A DNA stretch of 24,000 nucleotides from Paenibacillus sp. GYB003 (GCF_036577625.1 NZ_JARBDC010000005.1:234782-258781); one strand, 5' to 3'. Numbered from the stretch's first letter, positions 9,114-17,269 are shown. Notes: generated from the sequence alone by a model not told the origin. Program-made: numbers and translations.

Positions 9114-9755
9114 TTATTCCGCTTCGGACACGACCGTGAACCGTTCGTTCGCATGCCGCGGATTTTCGATCTCGTCGACGATCGCGATTGCGAAATCGGC
9201 GTAGCTGACGTAGCTTTTGCCTTGCGAATTGACGAGCAATCGATCGCCGCCGGTGCGGTAGGCGCCGGTCCTTTTGCCTGCCGGGTCGAAAAAGGCCGAA
9301 GGGCTGACGAACGTCCAGCGAATGCCGGTCGACCGGCGCAAATCTTCCAGGTTTTGGCCCTGGTTCGACGCGGTCGCGTAGTACTCCTTCGGAAACTCCG
9401 GCGTCTCGAGGAGCCGCGTCGTCAGCGCCTCGTCCACGAACAAGCTGCCCGCGCCGCCGACAACGATCAGCCGGGTGTCCGGGGCTCCTTTCAGCGCTTC
9501 GATGAGCGCTCTCCCCCCTTCCACATGCTGATGCTCGCGGCCTGGCGCCGCGCCGAACGCGTTGACGACCGCGTCGAAGCTTTTCAAATCGTCCGCGTTC
9601 AAGTCGAATACCGATTTCCCGATGACGGCGACGTTCAAATCGCCCGCTTTCGACGCGTCGCGAACGATCGCGGTCACGTCGTGGCCTCTTGCGGCCGCTT
9701 CTTTTACGATAAGGCTCCCCGCTTTGCCGGTTGCGCCGATGACTGCGATTTTCAT
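9114..9755 (-). CDS. NAD(P)H-binding atypical short-chain dehydrogenase-like protein
   Basis: MKIAVIGATGKAGSLIVKEAAARGHDVTAIVRD (GxxGxxG), RLIVVGGAGSLFVDE. Start after GGAGGAT. Confidence 0.88.
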   Translation of the reverse strand: MKIAVIGATGKAGSLIVKEAAARGHDVTAIVRDASKAGDLNVAVIGKSVFDLNADDLKSFDAVVNAFGAAPGREHQHVEGGRALIEALKGAPDTRLIVVGGAGSLFVDEALTTRLLETPEFPKEYYATASNQGQNLEDLRRSTGIRWTFVSPSAFFDPAGKRTGAYRTGGDRLLVNSQGKSYVSYADFAIAIVDEIENPRHANERFTVVSEAE

Positions 9756-10694
9756 AAGGGCATATCCTCCCGTATTCGGAATCGGTTGGTCGGTAAGGGA
9801 AAGGCAGAGCGGTTTCTTCGCTCCGTTACGCAAGTCCTTTGTCGACGTTGCCGTACTAGACGCGGCGCGCTGGACGGTTCGGCCGGACGTAACCGGAATA
9901 TCTCCCGCTATTTCGCCTTCTGTCAGGGTGACTAAGCGATTTATCGGGAAATGCTACCTTAAATTCCGTCCCGCATCGTTGAAAAACACGGCTTCGCCCA
10001 AATTAGCGGGAGCTTTTCCTTTATAGCGGCCGACTTAAGGAAATCGGAAAAGGTTATCGGGAGGTTTTCACGTTATCGTCCGCCCCGGATCGGAATCGTC
10101 GATTGCCGTTTTGAATTAAGGTCGACTGCCGTATCGAGCTTAGTATGAATCTCCGCCGAACAAAGTATGACCTGCGGCCCAATCCAACCTGTAACAATTA
10201 TAGTTACACGATATCCGTTTTGTCAACTTGGGGAGGTCCGTTGCAAACGATTTGAAGAGTGATCCTCCGCCAATATTTTTCCGTTTCTGCGCTGGCGTAT
10301 TCTCCGGTTGCCACGGGGCTCGAACAGTACAGGAATACCTCCCGTTCATTCTTCTCCAGTCAAGCATCGGCTTGAAAGAACGGGAGAAGCTCCCGTTAAT
10401 CGCACTTGCATTGGCAAGAATGCGCGTTTCGAGCGGCATTATCGGGATGTCTTCCCTTTAAAATGTTCCTAAATCGGGGAACCCGACAAATTACATGGAC
10501 GTTTTCCATCAACATGTCTCCTTGTTGCAGGTTTTGCCGGCAATAAGAGTCAGCCCATCTGTCCCGTGCATCCATGAAGAGTTTCCGAAGCGGCACCGCC
10601 GGATTAATCGTTCGTTTCGCCGACCGAGCGGGAGGATACGACGCCGGGCTTCCCTACGACATAGCAGGGTAATACCAAGTGTGACCCGAACAAC

Positions 10695-10745
10695 AAAAAG
10701 AAGCGCCGCAAGCAATACCGAGTATTACTTGCAGCGCTTCTTTCG
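10695..10745 (-). terminator. Intrinsic terminator after the ParM/ParR-like operon
   Basis: Minus strand GAAGCGCTGCAAG ... CTTGC-GGCGCTTC stem followed by TTTTTG. Confidence 0.75.
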
Positions 10746-10761
10746 CCATTCGCTTAACGCG

Positions 10762-11082
10762 TTACAGCCAAGATTCGATATCCTCGTCGTCGATATCGTC
10801 CGGTTCGGGCTTGCGCTTCTCCGCGGAAGGGCCCGGCGCCAGATCCAGGGCGGCCGCGGCTTCCGCGCGAGTCCTCGCCGCGTCGGCCGGAATCATCGGA
10901 CGATCGGACGGAATGAAATGCTGCAAATTTCGCAGCCCGTTTTCGCGAATTTCGTTTTCGATCAAATACCGGATCGAATCCATCAGATTGGACTGGCTGT
11001 TGATCCACTCCATAATCGCGTCGGATTCGTTCTTTTTCGTTTTCAGGCTTATGTTTTCGCCGGGCAGTTTCCGTTTTTTCAC
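10762..11082 (-). CDS. ParR-like DNA-binding partner of the ParM-like actin
   Basis: 106 aa, GTG start. Contains DAIMEWINSQSNLMDSIRYLIENEIRENGLRNLQ, a ribbon-helix-helix-like N-terminal pattern. Immediately downstream of the ParM-like ORF in the same operon. Confidence 0.6.
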   Translation of the reverse strand: MKKRKLPGENISLKTKKNESDAIMEWINSQSNLMDSIRYLIENEIRENGLRNLQHFIPSDRPMIPADAARTRAEAAAALDLAPGPSAEKRKPEPDDIDDEDIESWL

Positions 11083-11114
11083 GCTTCGTTCACCTCGGGC
11101 CGGGTCGTCCCCGC

Positions 11115-12311
11115 TTACCCGGCTTTAATCGCCTTGCCTTTCAACGTTTCGTATATTTTCCCGTGCACGAACGCGTTCAGCCCTTCGGCGTTGAGCGTGA
11201 TCGCGTGCTGCGGCGGAATGTAGAGCAGCCGGATTTCGCGCTCGTCGCACAGCTCCTTCAGCAGCGGATACAAGAAGGAACGCATCAAAATGCTGCCGCC
11301 CCCGTAAACGCAGATGACGTCGATTTCGTTGCGCGCCTTCGTCAGCTGCTTGCGGATGTTTTGAATAATATGCCGGGCTTGTCCTTCGAGCGGACGCTTC
11401 AGCGTGTTGATCGCCCTCGCGTAATATTTGTGCTTCGGATTTTTGATGACGTCGCTGAAAAATTGCCGCGGACTGTCCGGCAAATGGACGAGACGGTTGA
11501 ATTCGCCGAGCGCCTCCTCGATTGCGTAGCCCGCTCCGTGATGGCTCCCGTGCACGAATTGGCGCAAAAACTTGTTGCCTTCCGTGATCGGATATTCCGT
11601 CGAGCCGTCCCCGATATCCGTATGTAAGATCCGTTTGTCCTTGAAATACCCGCCGTTGAACGACTTGCCGAGCTGGTACGTGTTCACGAACTCCTCGAAA
11701 ATGTCGCCTTCCCGCGGACGCCCTTCCACGTCTTTTTGCAGCGCGAAAATGACCGGCGTCGCCTCCGGGATTACTTTCGTGTAATCGAACACGACTTTGA
11801 CGGCGACCCGCTGCTTGTTCAGATGCACGGTCACGTGATGCGCACCGTCGGTAAACCGTCTCTCGAACCGGGCGGCCGTCTCGTCGGAATGCTGCGTAAC
11901 CGGCAGCGCGGTCGCCATGTCGACATGGACCTCGACTTGCTCCGGTATCGTCTGGGTCTCTTCGTACGCCTTCTGCACGGCAACCGCCGCGATTTGGCCG
12001 AGCGTATTGATGATCGGCAAGTCCATGTCGCACTTTTGGTCGATGCCGATTTGCAGCGTATCGAGCAGCTCGCCGCTTTCCAGCGCGAACTTCCCGATAT
12101 AATACATGCCGGGCTTTACGGCCGGCGAATCGATCGTTACGATCAGCTGCTCGGACAAATTTTTGATGAAGCTCTCCGGCGGCAGCTCCTCGCTCCAAGG
12201 CAGCTTGTCCACTCCGCAATACACATTCGGCTGCTTGATCAGCCTGCCGTCGATAAACAAATCGTGCTCGCTGTTCCCGTTATCGTTTCCGACGAAAAAA
12301 TGATACTGCAT
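11115..12311 (-). CDS. ParM/StbA-family actin-like protein
   Basis: Starts MQYHFFVGNDNGNSEHDLFIDG after AAGGAGG. Has the actin-like phosphate motif ILHTDIGDGSTEYPI and the VICVYGGGSILM adenosine motif; 398 aa. Confidence 0.85.
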   Translation of the reverse strand: MQYHFFVGNDNGNSEHDLFIDGRLIKQPNVYCGVDKLPWSEELPPESFIKNLSEQLIVTIDSPAVKPGMYYIGKFALESGELLDTLQIGIDQKCDMDLPIINTLGQIAAVAVQKAYEETQTIPEQVEVHVDMATALPVTQHSDETAARFERRFTDGAHHVTVHLNKQRVAVKVVFDYTKVIPEATPVIFALQKDVEGRPREGDIFEEFVNTYQLGKSFNGGYFKDKRILHTDIGDGSTEYPITEGNKFLRQFVHGSHHGAGYAIEEALGEFNRLVHLPDSPRQFFSDVIKNPKHKYYARAINTLKRPLEGQARHIIQNIRKQLTKARNEIDVICVYGGGSILMRSFLYPLLKELCDEREIRLLYIPPQHAITLNAEGLNAFVHGKIYETLKGKAIKAG

Positions 12312-12545
12312 AAAAGCCAAGCCTCCTTTATGATTCATTTTTTCGGTATTACCGGGCAATGCCGAATCGGCCGGCGCGGTAATGCTTTGCAACGCCAAAC
12401 GATGCGGTCCGCTATCTCGACTTGTCGGTTCGCGGCTTTCTCGAATAAGACGCTCCATTACAATACTTCGTAACACCGGCCGGAATTCGGTCGGAATTCG
12501 CGCGTTTTTTTGCGACCGTTCGCCGGTCGGCAGATAGCCGGGGAC

Positions 12546-12577
12546 ATAAAAAAGCCACGGGAGACTCTCCGTGGCTT
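12546..12577 (-). terminator. Intrinsic terminator of a short intergenic transcript
   Basis: Minus strand AAGCCACGG / CCGTGGCTT stem followed by TTTTTT. Confidence 0.8.
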
Positions 12578-12687
12578 CGTGCCGAACAGATCATAGGCAG
12601 GTGACAATCTGCATCTCCAAACGATGGGCGACGGCTGCCTGTTCCGTCCTCAAATGATCCATTCCATGCTATTTTATGTAACAGCAG
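12548..12687 (-). ncRNA. Candidate ~140-nt small RNA (or leader encoding a 23-aa peptide)
   Basis: Bounded by a minus strand TTGTAT-N17-TATAAT promoter (12693-12721) and a strong intrinsic terminator (12546-12577). Internal pairing of GAACAG/CTGTTC and AGGCAG/CTGCCT. Confidence 0.4.
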
Positions 12688-12692
12688 TCTTT

Positions 12693-12721
12693 ATTATAAT
12701 GTTGATTCCAGATCGATACAA
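12693..12721 (-). promoter_or_regulatory. Candidate promoter of the small transcript
   Basis: Minus strand consensus -10 TATAAT (12693-12698) 17 bp from TTGTAT (12716-12721). Confidence 0.55.
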
Positions 12722-12753
12722 GTCCGGGCCCCTTCATTTCGCCCGCGCGAATT

Positions 12754-13128
12754 TTACACCCGCTTGAGGGACCCTTCCTCGCGATACTTGGCGACCTTAT
12801 CCTCCGACATGACGAACAGCGTCCGGGCGAACAATTTCTTTTTGCTCGTCAGCCTTACGGCGACCAACACATAGACGTCGCGTTCTTCACGAAACACCTT
12901 GATATACTCGAGCGAGCCTCTTTTCGGATGAAGGGCTACGTAATCCGGATTTTGCAGAATGTCGCGAAGATACGGAAAATAAGTTTGAAAATCCGCGGGA
13001 TGTTCCTTGCTCATGTGAGCGATGTTTTGGTCGCCTATATAAATCGGCATATCCGCCTTGAGCGAAAGCTGCAGCGCGTCGATTACGTTTTGGGTTATTT
13101 TCCCGACTACCGTATTGTTTCCCACCAA
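12754..13128 (-). CDS. PBECR-type (phage Barnase-EndoU-ColicinE5/D-RelE-like) nuclease-like protein
   Basis: IYIGDQNIAHMSKEHPADFQTYFPYLRDILQNPDYVALHPKRGSLEYIKVFREERDVYVLVAVRL...LFARTLFVMSEDKVAKY fits the family pattern. TTG start with GAGGTG SD. Confidence 0.55.
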   Translation of the reverse strand: MVGNNTVVGKITQNVIDALQLSLKADMPIYIGDQNIAHMSKEHPADFQTYFPYLRDILQNPDYVALHPKRGSLEYIKVFREERDVYVLVAVRLTSKKKLFARTLFVMSEDKVAKYREEGSLKRV

Positions 13129-13369
13129 TGATCACCTCGCGGTTCCGGCCGTGCAGACGAAAGGGGCTTCCCGTTTTTCGTACAGCTTAAGATGATAGGT
13201 TCCCCTGTTTCGGGCAATCTTATATACGTACCGGACGGCCGAACATGCAAAAGAAAACGGACCCCGAGCGAACGTTCGAGCCGGTCGTCTTCCGCTCGTT
13301 CGGGCTTCCGTCCCCTCCCGCTCCGCGAATCGCCTTACCGCGCATGCTCTCGCTCACGGAATGCCGAAG

Positions 13370-14272
13370 TCAGCAGTAGTCGTGCGTTTCGTCCGGCCCC
13401 ACCGTATACGGGACGTATACTTCATGGCTATCTTCGTGCATCCGTTCCAAATGGTACGCGTTAGGCGCTCCCGGTTCCGCCTTCAGAAAGCCGAACTGTT
13501 TGCCCAGCCAGCGGTATAGGCTCGAATACTCCGCCCTAAAATCGTCCCTGGCGCGTTCGAACGAAAAAACGGCGTAATACTGCCCCGGTATGACCAGCTC
13601 GACCAATTGTTCCGGAACGGAGACATTCGGCGCAAACTCCCGGCAGACGAACAAACGGTGCTCCGTTACCCCCGCATAACGCTCGATAATCGGGTTGACG
13701 CAGAAACGGCCGGGCAGCACTCCCTCGATTCCCTCGGTGTGACGGTCCAGCGTCGAAACGGCGTCGGACCATGCGGATCCGGGATCGCTTATATCCACGG
13801 TCGCCTGCACGCCGGCGCATCGGATCTCGGGAAGCTTCACGAACGTGTACGAAACGAGCCTCGGAAAATTCGGTCCGTTCACGTTCTCCGTTTCGTTCAA
13901 GCCGAACAGCCCGCTCCATACCCCGAACGTGTTGCCGTCCGGATCGCGGAATTGAAACCAATGCGTATTCGCCACCCCGATTTCGAGCGGGTCGACATCC
14001 GCCCCCTCCCTGACGAGTCGGTCATGGAACGCCCCCGCATCCCTCACATGGAAATTGAGCGTCCCTTGTCCTTTTTTCTCGACGTTTTTTCGAATCCAGC
14101 AAATGCGCCCGGGCGACATTTCCATCGTCGCGAAATGCGGATTGAAGGCCAGCACCTTAAACCGCAAACAACGGCAATACCAGGCCAACGCGCTTTCGAG
14201 CTCGCCGACGAACAAGGTCGGAATGACGGACGCGACAACGGGCGACGGCGTCGCTTTGTGAATGGGGATCAT
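13370..14272 (-). CDS. VOC (glyoxalase/bleomycin resistance-like) domain fused to a GyrI-like small-molecule-binding domain
   Basis: N-terminal SVIPTLFVGELESALAWYCRCLRFKV...HWFQFRDPDGNTFGVW (VOC). C-terminal VKLPEIRCAGVQATV...LVIPGQYYAVFSFERARDDFRAEYSSLYRWLGKQ (GyrI-like). Start at MIPIHK after GAGGAG. Confidence 0.75.
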   Translation of the reverse strand: MIPIHKATPSPVVASVIPTLFVGELESALAWYCRCLRFKVLAFNPHFATMEMSPGRICWIRKNVEKKGQGTLNFHVRDAGAFHDRLVREGADVDPLEIGVANTHWFQFRDPDGNTFGVWSGLFGLNETENVNGPNFPRLVSYTFVKLPEIRCAGVQATVDISDPGSAWSDAVSTLDRHTEGIEGVLPGRFCVNPIIERYAGVTEHRLFVCREFAPNVSVPEQLVELVIPGQYYAVFSFERARDDFRAEYSSLYRWLGKQFGFLKAEPGAPNAYHLERMHEDSHEVYVPYTVGPDETHDYC

Positions 14273-14455
14273 GAACTTCTCCTCTTTCTGCCTTTGGCTG
14301 TTATTTGATTTGGAAAATTCACTGGTGACGATGCCGCGCAACCTTCGAAACGTGACATCCTTTTGCCAAAAAAGTCGAAAACAATTTCGAAGAGGAGTAC
14401 GCCCGCCCCGGCGCGAATAAAAAGCGGTGAGGCTTTGCCGGAACAAGGAGGACCT

Positions 14456-17002
14456 ATGACGACGGACATCGAGCTGGAATTGGATTCGGACGAGGCCCTT
14501 ATCGAGCGCGCCCGCCAAGGGAACCGCGAGGCGTACAACGAGCTGCTGGCCCGTCATCGCGGTCGGGCGTTCGCATGGGCCAAGCAGATTACCTCCGACC
14601 ATCATTTGGCGGAAGATATCGTACAGGAAGCGCTCGTCCGCGCGTTCTTGAAGCTCGGGACGATGACGGATTTGACGAAGTTTCTGCCCTGGCTGCGGAC
14701 GATCGTGCGCAACCAGGCGATGATGAAGCTGAGGCGGGGCGGTCCGCACGGACGGGAGAAGCCGTTCCCGCCGCTTCGCGATTCGGCAACGTCCGCTTCC
14801 GAAGGCGCCGAGCCCGACTGGCGCGATCTGGACACGGTGCTGCGCCATTATGCGAAACGTGCGGGAACGGACAACGGGACCGACAGCGCCGCCTCCGGCG
14901 CGGAATCGCCTCTCGCGGAATGGCTGCCCGCCGTCGTCAAAGCGCTCGGGCCGAGGGAGCGCGACGTATTCGAGAAACATTTTTACGGGCAGCTGTCTCC
15001 GCAAGAAATCGCCGACCATTGGAATACGAACGTGAACACGATCCATAAGGCGTTGTCCCGCATTCGGCGCAAAGCCGAAGATACCCGCATCGAACTGGAT
15101 ATCCGCAGCCGCATCCGGTCCCATATCGATGCGCGCGGCGGCGGCAAACGAGTCGTTCTGGCAAAGCCGGGACTCGCCGACGAGCCCCCGGTTCACCCCG
15201 GAGCCGCCTTTCCGAACGCCCTCTATCATATTCTCCGTTCGTTGGGCAGGCCGGTAACGATGGCCGAAGCGACGGGCTACACAGGCTACGCCTTCGTGCT
15301 GAACGTCCGGCGCTCGACGATCGGCGCCGAAAGTCCGATGATCTGGGATTGGGATACGTTCCTTTCCAACGCCCTGCTCAATTTGGGCTTCCATTCGCGT
15401 TACGTCGATTACCAGCATTATAAAAATGCCGGTTCGAGCCCGCACAAAACCCGCAATCTTTTGTTTACGCTCGATATGATCCGGGATTCGATCGACCGGG
15501 GGATGCCCGCGCTGCTGAGCAGCGCGATTTCCTACGACCTTGCCGTCGTTTACGGCTACGACGACGAGAAGCAAACGCTCTACGTCGCCGACCCGCAATC
15601 GTGCGAGCAAATTTCGTACAGCAGCCTGTATTCGGGCTCTCCGAAAATCGATAAAGCGATATCCCGCGAGCTGTATGCGTTCGTCTTCGACGGGGAGCTG
15701 GACGACGATCGGCGGCTTCCGGAGCACAGACTCGTTCGGCTGCTGGAGCGGATCGTGCGTCACTCGGACGGAGACGACCCGACCTTCATGCCGTGCGCAG
15801 GCGGCTTGCGCGCCTATGACGAATGGATCGCCGCGTTCGAGAGCGGCACGATCGAACCGCTCGGGAACGCGTCGAACTTGAACCTGTACGGATGGTTTCG
15901 GGAACAGGCGGTATCGTTCTGGAAGGAACGGATCGGGGAATACGATGGCCGACGGCCGGAGTCGGCGGATCGGCATCGTTTGGCGAAGGACGGCTTGCTT
16001 GAGGTCAAACGGTGCTACGAGAGAGTGAGCGAGACGTTCGAAAAGCTGCGCGAGCTGTTCCCGTTCCCGCAAGGAGGGACGCCGCACGACCCGGATTGCA
16101 TGCGGCAAGCCGTACAGCTGCTTCGCAAGGCGAGAGAGGACGAGGCATCCGGCATCGCTCGCATTCGCGAACTGCTGCGGACGCTTCGGGAACGTTCCGG
16201 CGGAAGTGCGATCGCTCCCGTTCAACATATCGCGCTCAGTCCGTTTTATTCGTTCGGCGGCAATCGTCCGAAGCCTTCGAACGAACCTTCGAAAGCCGGG
16301 GCGCTCGAAGCCGTCGTCTGCATGTGCGCCAGCCTGAAGGAAAGCATGACGTTCTACGGCAAGCTGCTCGGCATCGAACCGGCGCCCGAAAGGCTGAGCG
16401 GACCGGTCGGCTTCCTCCCGCTTCGGGACGCCCGATTGCTCGTGCTGATGGATCGGCGACTCGACCTCAACCATGCGGATTGGCAGCCCGCCTTCTATAT
16501 CCGGGTCCCGGACGTGGACAAGGCGTACGACGATGCGAGGCGGCAAGGATGGAAAATCGTCAACTTTTTGGACAAAGGCGGTTTGTTCACGGACTTCTTC
16601 ATCGCCGCCGACCCGGACGGACATCAGCTGATCGTCGGCAGCCATTCGCTGTCGCACGCCTTTCCGTTCGCCGGCGCCGCCCCGGCTCGGCATCCGCTCG
16701 CATTCGACGCCGGACCGGCTGTGGTCGCGGCCAAAAATCCGATCGCCTCGGCGCGGGCGTACGCCGACCTGTTCGGCCCGGACGAGGCCGGTCGATGGTT
16801 CCGTTTCGCGGACAAGTACGGCCCCGACTCGTCCTTCAAGCTGCGGTTCGAGACGGCCGATGCCGATCAAGCCTACCGGCTGATCCGGAAATGCGACATG
16901 ACCGTTGCCCAGGCTGCGGAAGACGGCGCAGCCGGCATTCGCCGGTGGATTTTGCGGGACCCGGACGGGCGTCCGCTTGCCGTCGATGTCGTGCGGTCGT
17001 GA
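14456..17002 (+). CDS. ECF-type sigma factor fused to a C39/BtrH-like domain and C-terminal VOC-like modules
   Basis: AAGGAGG SD then MTTDIELEL. Sigma region 2: LIERARQGNREAYNELLARH...AEDIVQEALVRAFLKL...FLPWLRTIVRNQAMMKLRR. Region 4: LGPRERDVFEKHFYGQLSPQEIADHWNTNVNTIHKALSRIRRKA. Middle: ALYHILRSLGRPVTMAEATGYTGYAFVLNVRR. VOC: ALEAVVCMCASLKESMTFYGKLLGIEP...FYIRVPDVDKAYDDARRQGWKIV...FFIAADPDGHQLIV, with a second partial VOC-like repeat at the C-terminus. Confidence 0.85.
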   Translation: MTTDIELELDSDEALIERARQGNREAYNELLARHRGRAFAWAKQITSDHHLAEDIVQEALVRAFLKLGTMTDLTKFLPWLRTIVRNQAMMKLRRGGPHGREKPFPPLRDSATSASEGAEPDWRDLDTVLRHYAKRAGTDNGTDSAASGAESPLAEWLPAVVKALGPRERDVFEKHFYGQLSPQEIADHWNTNVNTIHKALSRIRRKAEDTRIELDIRSRIRSHIDARGGGKRVVLAKPGLADEPPVHPGAAFPNALYHILRSLGRPVTMAEATGYTGYAFVLNVRRSTIGAESPMIWDWDTFLSNALLNLGFHSRYVDYQHYKNAGSSPHKTRNLLFTLDMIRDSIDRGMPALLSSAISYDLAVVYGYDDEKQTLYVADPQSCEQISYSSLYSGSPKIDKAISRELYAFVFDGELDDDRRLPEHRLVRLLERIVRHSDGDDPTFMPCAGGLRAYDEWIAAFESGTIEPLGNASNLNLYGWFREQAVSFWKERIGEYDGRRPESADRHRLAKDGLLEVKRCYERVSETFEKLRELFPFPQGGTPHDPDCMRQAVQLLRKAREDEASGIARIRELLRTLRERSGGSAIAPVQHIALSPFYSFGGNRPKPSNEPSKAGALEAVVCMCASLKESMTFYGKLLGIEPAPERLSGPVGFLPLRDARLLVLMDRRLDLNHADWQPAFYIRVPDVDKAYDDARRQGWKIVNFLDKGGLFTDFFIAADPDGHQLIVGSHSLSHAFPFAGAAPARHPLAFDAGPAVVAAKNPIASARAYADLFGPDEAGRWFRFADKYGPDSSFKLRFETADADQAYRLIRKCDMTVAQAAEDGAAGIRRWILRDPDGRPLAVDVVRS

Positions 17003-17052
17003 TCTTGCATACCGGCTCTGCCGCGCGATGCCGTCGCTTCGGCAACAACGAC

Positions 17053-17085
17053 CAAAGCCGTCCTTCATCCGAAGGGCGGTTTTTC
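17053..17085 (+). terminator. Intrinsic terminator after the sigma-fusion gene
   Basis: AAAGCCGTCCTTC-ATCC-GAAGGGCGGTTTTT, stem with G-U pairs and T-run. Confidence 0.75.
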
Positions 17086-17099
17086 CTTGATTCCATTAT

Positions 17100-17141
17100 C
17101 CGGCATTGTCAAGCATTACTTTGCAATGCCGGGCATTACTT
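17100..17141. repeat. Small inverted/direct repeat cluster
   Basis: 9-bp perfect arms CCGGCATTG (17100-17108)/CAATGCCGG (17124-17132), plus direct repeat GCATTACTT (17113-17121 and 17133-17141). Confidence 0.6.
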
Positions 17142-17269
17142 GCGAAAGAACCGCCTCCGTTTTCGATCATGCGGGGAATGACGCGCTTTTGGCCGAGAAA
17201 CGAGCCGGACAAGCCGATCGACATCGCTTTCCCCCTGTTTCGGCATCTATCCTATTTTTTTGAGCCGTC

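Noticed and set aside
9153-9935. 260-aa plus strand ORF
   Set aside because: Antisense to the NAD(P)H-binding protein gene. No SD and no recognisable domain.
10140-10439. 99-aa minus strand ORF (MPLETRILANASAING...)
   Set aside because: No SD or domain could be recognised, and composition is not coding-like. Treated as intergenic or degraded sequence.
10396-10596. 66-aa minus strand ORF, including inner start MLMENVHVICRVPRF with AAGGAG upstream
   Set aside because: The SD-like sequence is attractive, but the peptide has no recognisable features and lies in a gene-poor region. Not enough support to call a CDS.
14290-14370. Possible ECF-type promoter (TGTCACG...CGTC, minus strand) for the VOC-GyrI gene
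   Set aside because: The spacer is 20 nt rather than 16, and the -35 differs from TGTCACA by one base. Not convincing as an ECF41 site.
13370-17068. 1232-aa minus strand ORF as one giant protein
   Set aside because: Only its last 300 codons (13370-14272) have an SD and recognisable domains. The rest is antisense to the well-supported sigma-fusion gene, and its Arg/Pro/Gln-rich composition is typical of a high-GC shadow frame.
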